A stretch of 64,000 nt of DNA from an uncultured bacterium (GTDB taxonomy: Bacteria > AUK180). Where the stretch lies: assembly GCA_937863565.1 (NCBI GenBank), contig CALMGJ010000009.1, positions 1-64,000 on the forward strand, read 5' to 3'. Shown piece after piece: positions 38,815-47,583 of this stretch (position 1 is the first letter of the stretch; each line of letters begins with the position of its first letter). The notes beneath the pieces are model-generated. The model worked only from the letters and a program-made list of their open reading frames with translations. It made no database searches and was not told where the DNA came from. A program made the position numbers and the translations under genes.

Positions 38815-40011
38815 ATGGAAAAAAGACACGGACCGTTCACCGGTATTAAGGTCATAGATCTGACAAGGGTGCTTGCGGGGCCCTATACGACGATGGTTCT
38901 TGCCGATCTCGGCGCGGAGGTCCTGAAAGTAGAGACTCCCGGCACAGGGGATGATTCAAGGCATTTCGGCCCCTTCATTAATGATGTGAGCGGGTATTTT
39001 TACTCCATCAACAGAGGTAAAGAGAGCATCACCCTCAATCTCAAGGATACTAAAGCAAAGGAGATATTCTTCAAGCTTGTGGAGACGGCAGATGTCGTGA
39101 TCGAGAATTACAGGCCGGGAACGACGAAAAAACTAGGCATCGATTATGAGGAATTGAAGAAAGTAAAAGCGGACATCATCTATGCCGCCTGCTCGGGCTT
39201 CGGTCACAGCGGACCTTATTCCCGTTATCCCGCATATGATATGATCGTCCAGGCCATGGGCGGCATCATGAGCATCACCGGTCCCGAGGATGGTGAACCC
39301 GTCCGCGTTGGGACATCGGTGGGAGATATAACGGCGGCGCTATTCACGGCGATAGGGATATCGTCCGCTTTATTCAACAGGGAAAAGACCGGGCATGGCG
39401 CCTTTATAGACGTGGCGATGCTCGATTCGCAACTGGCCATACTTGAAAATGCGGTAGTGCGATACATCGTATCCGGGATTCCCCCAAAACCTCTCGGCAC
39501 AAGGCATCCCTCGATCACACCATTCCAGGCATTCCACACGAAGGACTCCAATATTATAATAGCTGTCGGGAATGATAAATTATGGGTTGATTTCTGCCGG
39601 GCGATAGAAAGGCCGGAACTGATAGAGTTCCCGGAATTCGAGACAAATGATAAGAGAACGGAGAATGCGCGAAAACTTATTCCCATACTGGAGGATATAA
39701 TAAAGGAGAGGACTACCGATCAATGGCTGGAGATCTTCGAGCGGGTTCAGGTCCCGGCCGCACCAGTGAATGATATGGAAAAGGTCCTCTCGAACCCGCA
39801 ATTGCTCGCCCGCAATATGATCGTCGAGGCCGAAGACAAGAGAATAGGCGTTATGAAGATGGCGGGGAATCCCATAAAGATGAATATCCTTGCCGATCAT
39901 GCCGTGAAAAAGCCGGCGCCCGTTCTCGGCGAACATACAGAAAAGGTGCTTTTGGACCTCGGTTATTCGAAAAAGGATATCGAAACGTTCAGGAAGAATG
40001 GCATTATATAA
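38815..40011 (+). CDS. Class III CoA-transferase (CaiB/BaiF, Frc-like)
   Basis: DLTRVLAGP, LADLGAEV, NRGKES, ENYRPG, catalytic Asp in SVGDITA, PVLGEHT. Confidence 0.92.
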   Translation: MEKRHGPFTGIKVIDLTRVLAGPYTTMVLADLGAEVLKVETPGTGDDSRHFGPFINDVSGYFYSINRGKESITLNLKDTKAKEIFFKLVETADVVIENYRPGTTKKLGIDYEELKKVKADIIYAACSGFGHSGPYSRYPAYDMIVQAMGGIMSITGPEDGEPVRVGTSVGDITAALFTAIGISSALFNREKTGHGAFIDVAMLDSQLAILENAVVRYIVSGIPPKPLGTRHPSITPFQAFHTKDSNIIIAVGNDKLWVDFCRAIERPELIEFPEFETNDKRTENARKLIPILEDIIKERTTDQWLEIFERVQVPAAPVNDMEKVLSNPQLLARNMIVEAEDKRIGVMKMAGNPIKMNILADHAVKKPAPVLGEHTEKVLLDLGYSKKDIETFRKNGII

Positions 40012-40028
40012 GCAATTTTATTTTCTTC

Positions 40029-40057
40029 TTGACAATAAAGAGTTTTTTGAATATAAT
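40029..40057 (+). promoter_or_regulatory. Perfect-consensus sigma70 promoter
   Basis: TTGACA(40029-34)-17-TATAAT(40052-57). Confidence 0.85.
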
Positions 40058-40083
40058 TCTATGAAATGAAACAGGGGGTTTTT

Positions 40084-40299
40084 ATGAAAAAGAAAATTTC
40101 ATATATTGTCTATCAGGTTAGTCAACGTAAGTGGGGTATTCAAAGAACTGGTTCGCAAATTCCTTCTTTATTTTTTTCATCGAGATTTAATGCTTGGGCA
40201 GAGGCACGAAGACTTGCTAGAGGTAAAGGAGCTGTCGCAGTATTCAAAGATACTGATGGCAAGGTAAAAGTGAGGAATAATTATAATGACAAAGAGTAA
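40084..40299 (+). CDS. DUF2188-like small protein
   Basis: W.I.R.GS...S..F.S...A...AR.LA......V.....DGKV..RN.Y pattern. Confidence 0.7.
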   Translation: MKKKISYIVYQVSQRKWGIQRTGSQIPSLFFSSRFNAWAEARRLARGKGAVAVFKDTDGKVKVRNNYNDKE

Positions 40300-41161
40300 A
40301 ATACCTTTGGCCATCGTATATGATTTCGATGGTACATTATCCCCGGGAAACATGCAAGAAAAAGATTTTCTTCCAAAATTAAATATTAAAAAAGATGATT
40401 TCTGGAAGGAGGTCACTAAAACCTGTAAAGATCATAAGGCAGACAATATTTTAATATATATGCTTTTAATGCTTGAAAAAGCTGAGCAAGGTAAAATTTC
40501 TATTAAGCGTAATGATTTTAAAAATTTTGGAAAGAATATTACATTTTTTCCAGGGATAATTCCCGATCCTATTAAGGTTGGTACCCCTGAGATTGGATGG
40601 TTTGATAGAATTAATGAATGTGGGGAAAAGGTTGGGGTAAATGTTAAACATTTTATTGTATCTTCTGGAATTAAAGAAATGATTGAGGGTACAAGAATAA
40701 GCAGTAAATTCACGGGAATATTTGCTTCCTCTTTTTATTATGATCATAATAAATTGGCAAAATGGCCAGCAGTAGTTGTAAACTTTACTTCGAAAACACA
40801 ATTTATTTTTAGAATCAATAAAAAGAGTTATGATATTGCGGACGATAAAAGTATCAATAAATTTATTCCTGACAATCAAAGACCTATTCCTTTTAAAAAT
40901 ATTGTTTACATTGGAGATGGAGAAACCGATATACCGTGTTTTAAACTAGTTAAAGAAAAAGGAGGATGCTCTATTGTTGTTTATAATGAAACTAAAAAGA
41001 ACTCACGTAAACTTCCCAAAAAATTATTAGAAGAAGGAAGGGTTTCCTTTATCGCCCCAGCAGATTATTCTAGTGGTAAAAAGCTTGAGACAATCATATC
41101 TGCTTTAATTGATAAAATATCCTTTGATGATCACTATATGAAAATTCCTAGAGATAAATAG
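40286..41161 (+). CDS. HAD-superfamily hydrolase/phosphatase
   Basis: YDFDGTL (motif I), IVSSG (II), K (III), YIGDGETD (IV). Confidence 0.88.
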   Translation: MTKSKIPLAIVYDFDGTLSPGNMQEKDFLPKLNIKKDDFWKEVTKTCKDHKADNILIYMLLMLEKAEQGKISIKRNDFKNFGKNITFFPGIIPDPIKVGTPEIGWFDRINECGEKVGVNVKHFIVSSGIKEMIEGTRISSKFTGIFASSFYYDHNKLAKWPAVVVNFTSKTQFIFRINKKSYDIADDKSINKFIPDNQRPIPFKNIVYIGDGETDIPCFKLVKEKGGCSIVVYNETKKNSRKLPKKLLEEGRVSFIAPADYSSGKKLETIISALIDKISFDDHYMKIPRDK

Positions 41162-41227
41162 CGCCCCCTTTAATAGTAAATTTATATTACATGTTTCTGG
41201 CAATAATTAAGAATAATCATATGGCTT

Positions 41228-41830
41228 CTATATATTGATTGTGTTTTTATATTTCTTTCTAATTAGATCATATACGCCAGTAATAAAGTATTGCACTTTT
41301 TTACTACAATTCAAACAAAATGCACGAGATATATTTACCCACCCTTCTTTAATAGTTATCCCTTTTATTTTTTGCCTTAACTTTTCAATTGCCTGTTTAT
41401 CATTACTGTGAATTTCATTTATATTGCCATTGGCATGTACAATGCAATTTCTTAATGAAATAATACTATTAATAAATTCAATTTCCTCATAGTTGTTCAT
41501 TTTGATTTTTATTACTTTATTCATAAACAATAGAAAACGCTCCATCATACTTCCTTTGAAATCACTGAGTTTTATTTCTTCTTCTTCATTTTTTTTAAAA
41601 AAATCAGATATATTTTTAATTTCTGATTCAAATATGATCATTAAAACTACCAGATATGCCGTTCTATTGATTTGTGGGTATATTTGGCCTATTGTTTTAA
41701 TATCATTGGGTTTTATTTTTTCAATTTTATAAAAAACAGATCTCCAATCTTTTATTATCATAATAAAGTCACAAGACATTCCAAATAATTCGACTTCTGG
41801 GCTTAACTTTTTTATTTTATGTTGTTTCAT
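41228..41830 (-). CDS. Hypothetical protein, probable HEPN-family RNase
   Basis: Helical protein with FE..I and LRNCIVHANG (RxxxxH). Confidence 0.6.
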   Translation of the reverse strand: MKQHKIKKLSPEVELFGMSCDFIMIIKDWRSVFYKIEKIKPNDIKTIGQIYPQINRTAYLVVLMIIFESEIKNISDFFKKNEEEEIKLSDFKGSMMERFLLFMNKVIKIKMNNYEEIEFINSIISLRNCIVHANGNINEIHSNDKQAIEKLRQKIKGITIKEGWVNISRAFCLNCSKKVQYFITGVYDLIRKKYKNTINI

Positions 41831-41879
41831 TATAGTTATTTGTTTAGTATGTTTTCTGTATTATTCTGTTATTCATTTA

Positions 41880-44201
41880 TTATTCGAATGATAATACAAA
41901 CCAATCTTTCCAGTCATTACGAATACACTTTTCCCATTCATAAATATCTTGCTGATTGATAAGCCATTCGCCTTTAACCTGAATAACAATCCCGGCGAGT
42001 AGCTTTTTCTTGCTATGGTCTTTAAAATACCTCCACAATGCTTCTGACTTAGCTTTCGTGTAAGTGCTTCCGTCCTGATCGCCTTTGTCTTTTGTTTCGA
42101 ATATTCCGATACGCCCATCTGCAAGCTGGGCTAAATAATCCGGGTAGAATGTATGCAAAACACCTTTCGGATACTCATATTTAATGCCAAAATAATCTTT
42201 TTTATTCTCGCCGTTTTTCCACCACCAAACGATATGCTTTCCATTAGCTTCTAAATACTTCTCAAACTCGCATTCGGGGTTTGATCTATCGGCGTTAAGA
42301 TAACAAGGCTCATAAACAAATTTTTTCGCCTTTACGGTTTCATCCGTGTGCTGATTGTAGAAACTTTCTCTCGCTATTTCAAAGTCATAGAATTGCTCGC
42401 TTTCCTCAGACCGCTTTAAAATTTCTTTTTCACGGACGACTTTATATTCTTCGATAGCTTTGGAGAGGATACTTTCAAATAAAACCCTGTTGCCATTATG
42501 AACGACTATCTTCTGAACCATCATCGCTTCTTCATCCCAATCCTGGGAGCCGAGATATTTCTGAAACCATATGTAAATCGTTGTTTTTATCTTCGGCACT
42601 GAGCGTTTGACATTGCGGAAAGAGCCGAGATTGTTCTTTATAATCTGCTCAAACAAAGCCTGTAGGTCATTTCCGGCTATCTGTAATCGTGCCTTCTGCT
42701 CAGAGTCAATCTTACCGACAATCTCATCGAAAGACTCGCCGTCAATCTTTGCGTCTTGTATAATTTCCTGCTCATACTTTTTGAGGTCTATGACGACGCC
42801 TTTTTTCTCAAGCAGTTTTTTATTCTCGTTAAAAAACTCACGCTTTGTTATGCTAAATTCTGTACAAGCTATCTTTTCAAATACCGGATCGAAACTTGCT
42901 GTAATATCTCCGTAATCAACCCTTGAACGATAATAAGAAAGCAACTTAATGTCTTTATAGCAATCCTTGCGGACACCTTTTAAATGCTTGATAATATTAG
43001 GATTATACTCCTCTCGCTTAACGTGAATACTCTGGACGTTTGTGTAAATATAACCTATATTTAATGGCTCACTGGCATAATGTTTAAGCTCCGGCATTCG
43101 TAATATTCGTCCGACCGTTTGAATTTCAAAGGTCTCGCTGTGTGACTCCCGGAATTTGACCAGTATATGAGCCCTCGGGCAGTCCCAGCCGGTATCAATC
43201 GCCTGCTTAAAAATAAGATACTCAATCTCATTGTCCGGCTCTGCCACCCAGTCAAGCGTTTCTGACTTCTGCTCGGCAAGCCATATCGCAAGTTTTCTGT
43301 TTTTCTCGGTAATGCCTTTTTTAGATAAAAACATCTGAACCGCTTCAATCTTGTCTTTTCCGGCTTCGGCAGTCGGTATCTGAATAAGAACAAGCGGATT
43401 GATATTAGAGCCTTCGGCTTCAAACAATTTTTTAAGCTCTAACCGCTTCTGATAAGCTGCCTCAAGGACAACTTCCTGCGAGTCGCTTTCGTCCTTAGCG
43501 ATCTTGTCGATTTTCTCGTTGATAATAAGTTCTTTCTTAATGATACCTGCTTCGATAACATCCTTCGGCTCGACAAACACAAAACCGGCCGTATGCCTTG
43601 CTAAATCTTTTGGATCGGGCTGGATTTTTGGAGTCGCACTCATCTCAAGGATAACATCGGCGTTAATTTCATCCCGAAGCTCGTTTGTCCTCTCGGCAGT
43701 AGCCCCAACATGGCTTTCGTCAATGATAAGGATAATTTTCCGTTGTTCTCGTGTTTTGGAGAGAACATCACGGAAATTTATCTTCTCGCCGTCCTTCATT
43801 AAAATATTCTTCCAGTAGCCGGTAGAACGATCTTTTGAACGGAGCTTTTCCCAGTTCACGACAACCACTTCATTTTTAACAATCCGTTCACGCCCGCCGG
43901 TAAACTCTTCCTCAACCAAAGACACCCGGGGAGCACCCCCGAATATCTTCTCTAAGCTGTGCTTGCTTTGCAAATGAAGGTCGCCTTTACCAACTGTAAC
44001 CCAGACAAAGCACATATCCTCATCAGGAAGCTCTTTTATAACTTCCTCAATGAATTTCGCCGTAATAATGGTCTTACCGCTTCCGGTCGGAGCCTGGAAC
44101 ACGCAGACCTTTTTCATGCCGTCTTTAGCAAGCAATTCTTTAACCGTTGAGGTAAGCTGATCAACCGCTGTTTCTTGATATTGTTTTAACTCAATATTCA
44201 T
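41880..44201 (-). CDS. res: Type III restriction endonuclease subunit (Res)
   Basis: QAPTGSGKT, DESH, SATP, GWDCPRA, QTVGRILR; C-terminal FYPDY...IFETK nuclease motif. Confidence 0.88.
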   Translation of the reverse strand: MNIELKQYQETAVDQLTSTVKELLAKDGMKKVCVFQAPTGSGKTIITAKFIEEVIKELPDEDMCFVWVTVGKGDLHLQSKHSLEKIFGGAPRVSLVEEEFTGGRERIVKNEVVVVNWEKLRSKDRSTGYWKNILMKDGEKINFRDVLSKTREQRKIILIIDESHVGATAERTNELRDEINADVILEMSATPKIQPDPKDLARHTAGFVFVEPKDVIEAGIIKKELIINEKIDKIAKDESDSQEVVLEAAYQKRLELKKLFEAEGSNINPLVLIQIPTAEAGKDKIEAVQMFLSKKGITEKNRKLAIWLAEQKSETLDWVAEPDNEIEYLIFKQAIDTGWDCPRAHILVKFRESHSETFEIQTVGRILRMPELKHYASEPLNIGYIYTNVQSIHVKREEYNPNIIKHLKGVRKDCYKDIKLLSYYRSRVDYGDITASFDPVFEKIACTEFSITKREFFNENKKLLEKKGVVIDLKKYEQEIIQDAKIDGESFDEIVGKIDSEQKARLQIAGNDLQALFEQIIKNNLGSFRNVKRSVPKIKTTIYIWFQKYLGSQDWDEEAMMVQKIVVHNGNRVLFESILSKAIEEYKVVREKEILKRSEESEQFYDFEIARESFYNQHTDETVKAKKFVYEPCYLNADRSNPECEFEKYLEANGKHIVWWWKNGENKKDYFGIKYEYPKGVLHTFYPDYLAQLADGRIGIFETKDKGDQDGSTYTKAKSEALWRYFKDHSKKKLLAGIVIQVKGEWLINQQDIYEWEKCIRNDWKDWFVLSFE

Positions 44202-45948
44202 AAATGCCCTCGTAGATATCTAAAATCTTCTGCGGGATTGGCTCAAGCGAAACGCCTTTCCAGTCCCGGAAGTCCTTTTTGTCAAGCCCCAGAGGATCAA
44301 GCGTAAAGCAGTATAAAATCTTTTTGCCTTTCATCTTGTCGAGATCTTTTTTGAGTGACTGTAATTCGGCACGCTCAAGGGAATAATAGACGCCCATTAT
44401 GCGGTCGTTATGTTGAAAGATGCGGTAATCATCAGTTTTTTTAACCTCATCAAAAACCCCTTCCCGCAAACAAAGCATTTCCGTGCATTCCCGGGTAATG
44501 CGGACTTTAAGGCTGTCTTTACTTATTGTGCGTTTAACGAAAGAGGTTTTGAAATATTTAAGATTGCCACTCGTCCCATTTACTAATATGTTGTTCTGAT
44601 TTTTATATCCACTTATCACTATTTTTATTCTTGGGTAGCACACCTCTGAGCATATACCACCCTCATCATTAGTGCATAAAATAAACGACCTCTTATCATT
44701 TTTGTCTTTGCTTAACTCTAAAATCGCTTGACCCGTTGTCCCAGTGCCAGCGAAGAAATCTAAGATAACTGCTTTCTCATGGCTTACACACTGAATTAAA
44801 TGCTTTATCATCTTTTTCGGCTTCGGATAATCAAATGGAGTATCTGGTAATATTTCTTTCAAATCATTCGAACCCTCTTGTGTTGAAAATTCACTGAAAT
44901 AAATACTTGGTATTGCCTTACCAACATATTCCGATTCAAACTTCTTATACCTGGGAATGTTTTTCCCATTGAGATACACTCTTTTATCTTTGAATATTGT
45001 TTCCATAGTCTTAGGCACATATGCCCAACGCCTGATGAAACGAATACATTTATTTTTATCGTCCACAACAGTTCCATTAGTTAAATTATCTCCGCTCCAA
45101 AAAACAACTGTATGTTCCAAGTAGTCAAAAACACCAATAATCTTTCCTTTAAGATTCTTTTGTTTCTTGATTAAAGAGTGTGGTTTTTTAGAATGAACCT
45201 CAATGCAATAAAGCTGATTGGGATTCCTATTTTTCGATGGGGCAGTAATGGCGCAACTTTCCCATGAACCTCGTGGATCGCTATCTGGATTCTTGAAACT
45301 TCCGTGAGCTTCATCAATCATCCGCCATGTTCTCGTTAGATGAATATTTTTGGCATATGCCAAAACGTATTCATGCTCATCAAACATCTGTGCTATTTTT
45401 GTCCCCGATCCTGTTTTTTTCTTCCAAACTATACAACCGACAAAGTTATCTTCCCCAAAAATTGAATCACACAAGAGTTTTAATTGTGCAAATTCTATAT
45501 TATCGATGGAAACAAAAATCGCCCCATCATCCTTTAGTAAACCTTTTGCAAGCCTAAGCCGTTTTATCATGAATGAAAGCCACTTACTATGTCTGTAAAC
45601 ATCGTCTTTATTGACCCACTGGTCATTATATTTAAAGTCTTTATTCCCGGTATTATATGGCGGATCAATGTAAATAACGTCAATCTTTCCTTGATGAGTA
45701 TAATTCAAAACCGATAGGGCGTGATAATTGTCGCCTTCTATGAGGATATTGACCGGCTTAGATGGATCATTATTGATCGCTTTGGCTTTGACTTCTTTTA
45801 AGACTGGCAGGGCGTTTTCGGATTCCTTTTCAAATTGTTCTTTTGTCCGCTCCTCATCCCAAATAAGACCGTATTTTTTGCGGGATTCGAGTTTCTCGAC
45901 AACCTTTAACAGTTCTTCTTTTGATAGTTTTGAATAATCTTTTTCCAT
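44191..45948 (-). CDS. mod: Type III R-M adenine methyltransferase (Mod)
   Basis: IEGDNY, IYIDPPYNTG, YPKP, LDFFAGTGTTG; overlaps the res start. Confidence 0.92.
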   Translation of the reverse strand: MEKDYSKLSKEELLKVVEKLESRKKYGLIWDEERTKEQFEKESENALPVLKEVKAKAINNDPSKPVNILIEGDNYHALSVLNYTHQGKIDVIYIDPPYNTGNKDFKYNDQWVNKDDVYRHSKWLSFMIKRLRLAKGLLKDDGAIFVSIDNIEFAQLKLLCDSIFGEDNFVGCIVWKKKTGSGTKIAQMFDEHEYVLAYAKNIHLTRTWRMIDEAHGSFKNPDSDPRGSWESCAITAPSKNRNPNQLYCIEVHSKKPHSLIKKQKNLKGKIIGVFDYLEHTVVFWSGDNLTNGTVVDDKNKCIRFIRRWAYVPKTMETIFKDKRVYLNGKNIPRYKKFESEYVGKAIPSIYFSEFSTQEGSNDLKEILPDTPFDYPKPKKMIKHLIQCVSHEKAVILDFFAGTGTTGQAILELSKDKNDKRSFILCTNDEGGICSEVCYPRIKIVISGYKNQNNILVNGTSGNLKYFKTSFVKRTISKDSLKVRITRECTEMLCLREGVFDEVKKTDDYRIFQHNDRIMGVYYSLERAELQSLKKDLDKMKGKKILYCFTLDPLGLDKKDFRDWKGVSLEPIPQKILDIYEGIYEY

Positions 45949-45977
45949 ACTTTTAAACCTTATATTTTAAAAATTTG

Positions 45978-46796
45978 TCAAATATTTTTGTTCCTGTCTT
46001 TCAGGTGATCGTATTTTCTTTTCTCTTTGCTTCCGTAGGTTATCTTCTGAAGTTCCGCCGGTTCGAGGTCCGCGCAGATGATCTCCTCTATGCCTCTCGC
46101 ATGCGCGAGCACCTGGCCCGTCGGGGAGACGATCATCGAATTACCGTAGTAAAGCGTCCCTTTCGGGTCTGTCCCGCACTGGTTGACCCCGGCCACAAAG
46201 ACATGATTGTCGAAAGCCCTGGCCTGGTTGGTCAGCTTCCAGATCTCGTAACTTCTTAAAAAAGCCGAGGGCCTGAGTATCACTTCCGCGCCGGCATCCG
46301 CCATCTTCATCGAGAGAACGGGGAAATCCCCGTCGAAGCAGATCATGATGCCCGTTCTTCCCCATGGCGTATCGGTAACGCACACGGAGTCTCCGGGAGT
46401 GATCATCCCTCCGTTCTCTATGCGCTCCGACGGAAAAAGATGTGTTTTCCTGTATACGGCCGAGATCTTCCCTTTCGGATCGATCAGGAAGGCGGAATTG
46501 AAGATATCTTTTTTATTCTTCGCCGTTTCATAACTCGGATAAAGAATATATGTTCTGTTCGTTTTCGCGGCAGCAAGGACCGGGGCAAGAAAATTATCCG
46601 GGTTCTTGAAGGCATTGATGACCTCGGACCTTTTCATTTTATGATTGAACCCCGTTGTAGCCGATTCCGGGAACACGATGATATCCGGTTTGAATGCGGC
46701 GACTGCACGGTCGATGAACATTAGGGATTTTCCGATATTCTCCCTGATCCCCCCGCCGGAAGAGATCTGCGCGCAGGCAAGCCGTAATTTTTTCAT
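45978..46796 (-). CDS. Carbon-nitrogen hydrolase (nitrilase superfamily)
   Basis: Catalytic triad motifs VFPES, YRKTHLF, ICFDGDFP. Confidence 0.92.
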   Translation of the reverse strand: MKKLRLACAQISSGGGIRENIGKSLMFIDRAVAAFKPDIIVFPESATTGFNHKMKRSEVINAFKNPDNFLAPVLAAAKTNRTYILYPSYETAKNKKDIFNSAFLIDPKGKISAVYRKTHLFPSERIENGGMITPGDSVCVTDTPWGRTGIMICFDGDFPVLSMKMADAGAEVILRPSAFLRSYEIWKLTNQARAFDNHVFVAGVNQCGTDPKGTLYYGNSMIVSPTGQVLAHARGIEEIICADLEPAELQKITYGSKEKRKYDHLKDRNKNI

Positions 46797-46806
46797 TTCA
46801 ATTCTT

Positions 46807-47574
46807 CTATTCGAAAGCCACGCATCTGCCTATCGACGATTCTCCGCCGACGAACCTCCACGGGAAGAAACCTATGGTGAGCCTTTTATTCAGGATCTTG
46901 TCGATCTCGCCGCCGAGATTCTCCGCATGGATGATGCTCTTCGGGAAAAGCGCCACATGCATAAGCTGATAATGATCGTCGGGGAAGATCTCGGTGAGGC
47001 TTTTGCCGTATTTTTTCTGAAGATAGGCATCGGCCTTTTTGGCAAGGTCAGGGCGCCAGTCGCGTATCTTCGTATTGAAAGGATGGTCCGCGCTCCCGCA
47101 ATCAACGCCGATCCATCTTAATTTTTTCTTCATTGCCCATTCGGCGAATTCCATCGTCGGCCCCGGATGCATCATCATATATCTCTGTTCGTCCGCGCCG
47201 GGCTGGTCCCAGGCATATCTATGGTAGCCTGTATTGATGATGAGGATATCGCCTTCCTTCACTTCAACCCTTTTTTCCACATCGGCGGAAGTATAGATGC
47301 CGTAGTCCTCCGCAATATCCGAAAGGTCGACGACCACGCCGTCGGCTATGAGATAATCAAGGGGAAGGCTCGCTATATCGCGGCCCGCTGTCCAGAAATG
47401 GCATTCGCCGTCAAGATGCGTTCCCACATGATTGCTCGTCGTGAGTATCTGGCCGTTCGCGCCGTTCGATGAAAGCCTTTTGAAATACTTGAGCTGCAGC
47501 GGCTCATATGTCGGCCAGGGCGGCGTCTGAACGCCTATGGGCTGTGTGAGATCGTACATCTTCTTGAATATCAT
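46807..47574 (-). CDS. Cyclase family (kynurenine formamidase-like) metal hydrolase
   Basis: HVGTHLDGECHF, GDILIINTG, HAENL. Confidence 0.9.
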   Translation of the reverse strand: MIFKKMYDLTQPIGVQTPPWPTYEPLQLKYFKRLSSNGANGQILTTSNHVGTHLDGECHFWTAGRDIASLPLDYLIADGVVVDLSDIAEDYGIYTSADVEKRVEVKEGDILIINTGYHRYAWDQPGADEQRYMMMHPGPTMEFAEWAMKKKLRWIGVDCGSADHPFNTKIRDWRPDLAKKADAYLQKKYGKSLTEIFPDDHYQLMHVALFPKSIIHAENLGGEIDKILNKRLTIGFFPWRFVGGESSIGRCVAFE

Positions 47575-47583
47575 TTCATCCTC

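Larger units (their letters stand above)
40012..45977. mobile_element. AT-rich accessory/defence island
   Basis: Abrupt AT enrichment right after the CoA-transferase stop; carries type III R-M and cargo genes; no integrase or att site seen. Confidence 0.6.

Noticed and set aside
44191..45948. Phase-variable mod (phasevarion)
   Set aside because: No simple-sequence repeat tract seen in or upstream of mod.
40028..45982. Terminal inverted repeats (TTGACAA) at the island ends
   Set aside because: Only 7 bp, better explained as -35 boxes or chance in AT-rich DNA.
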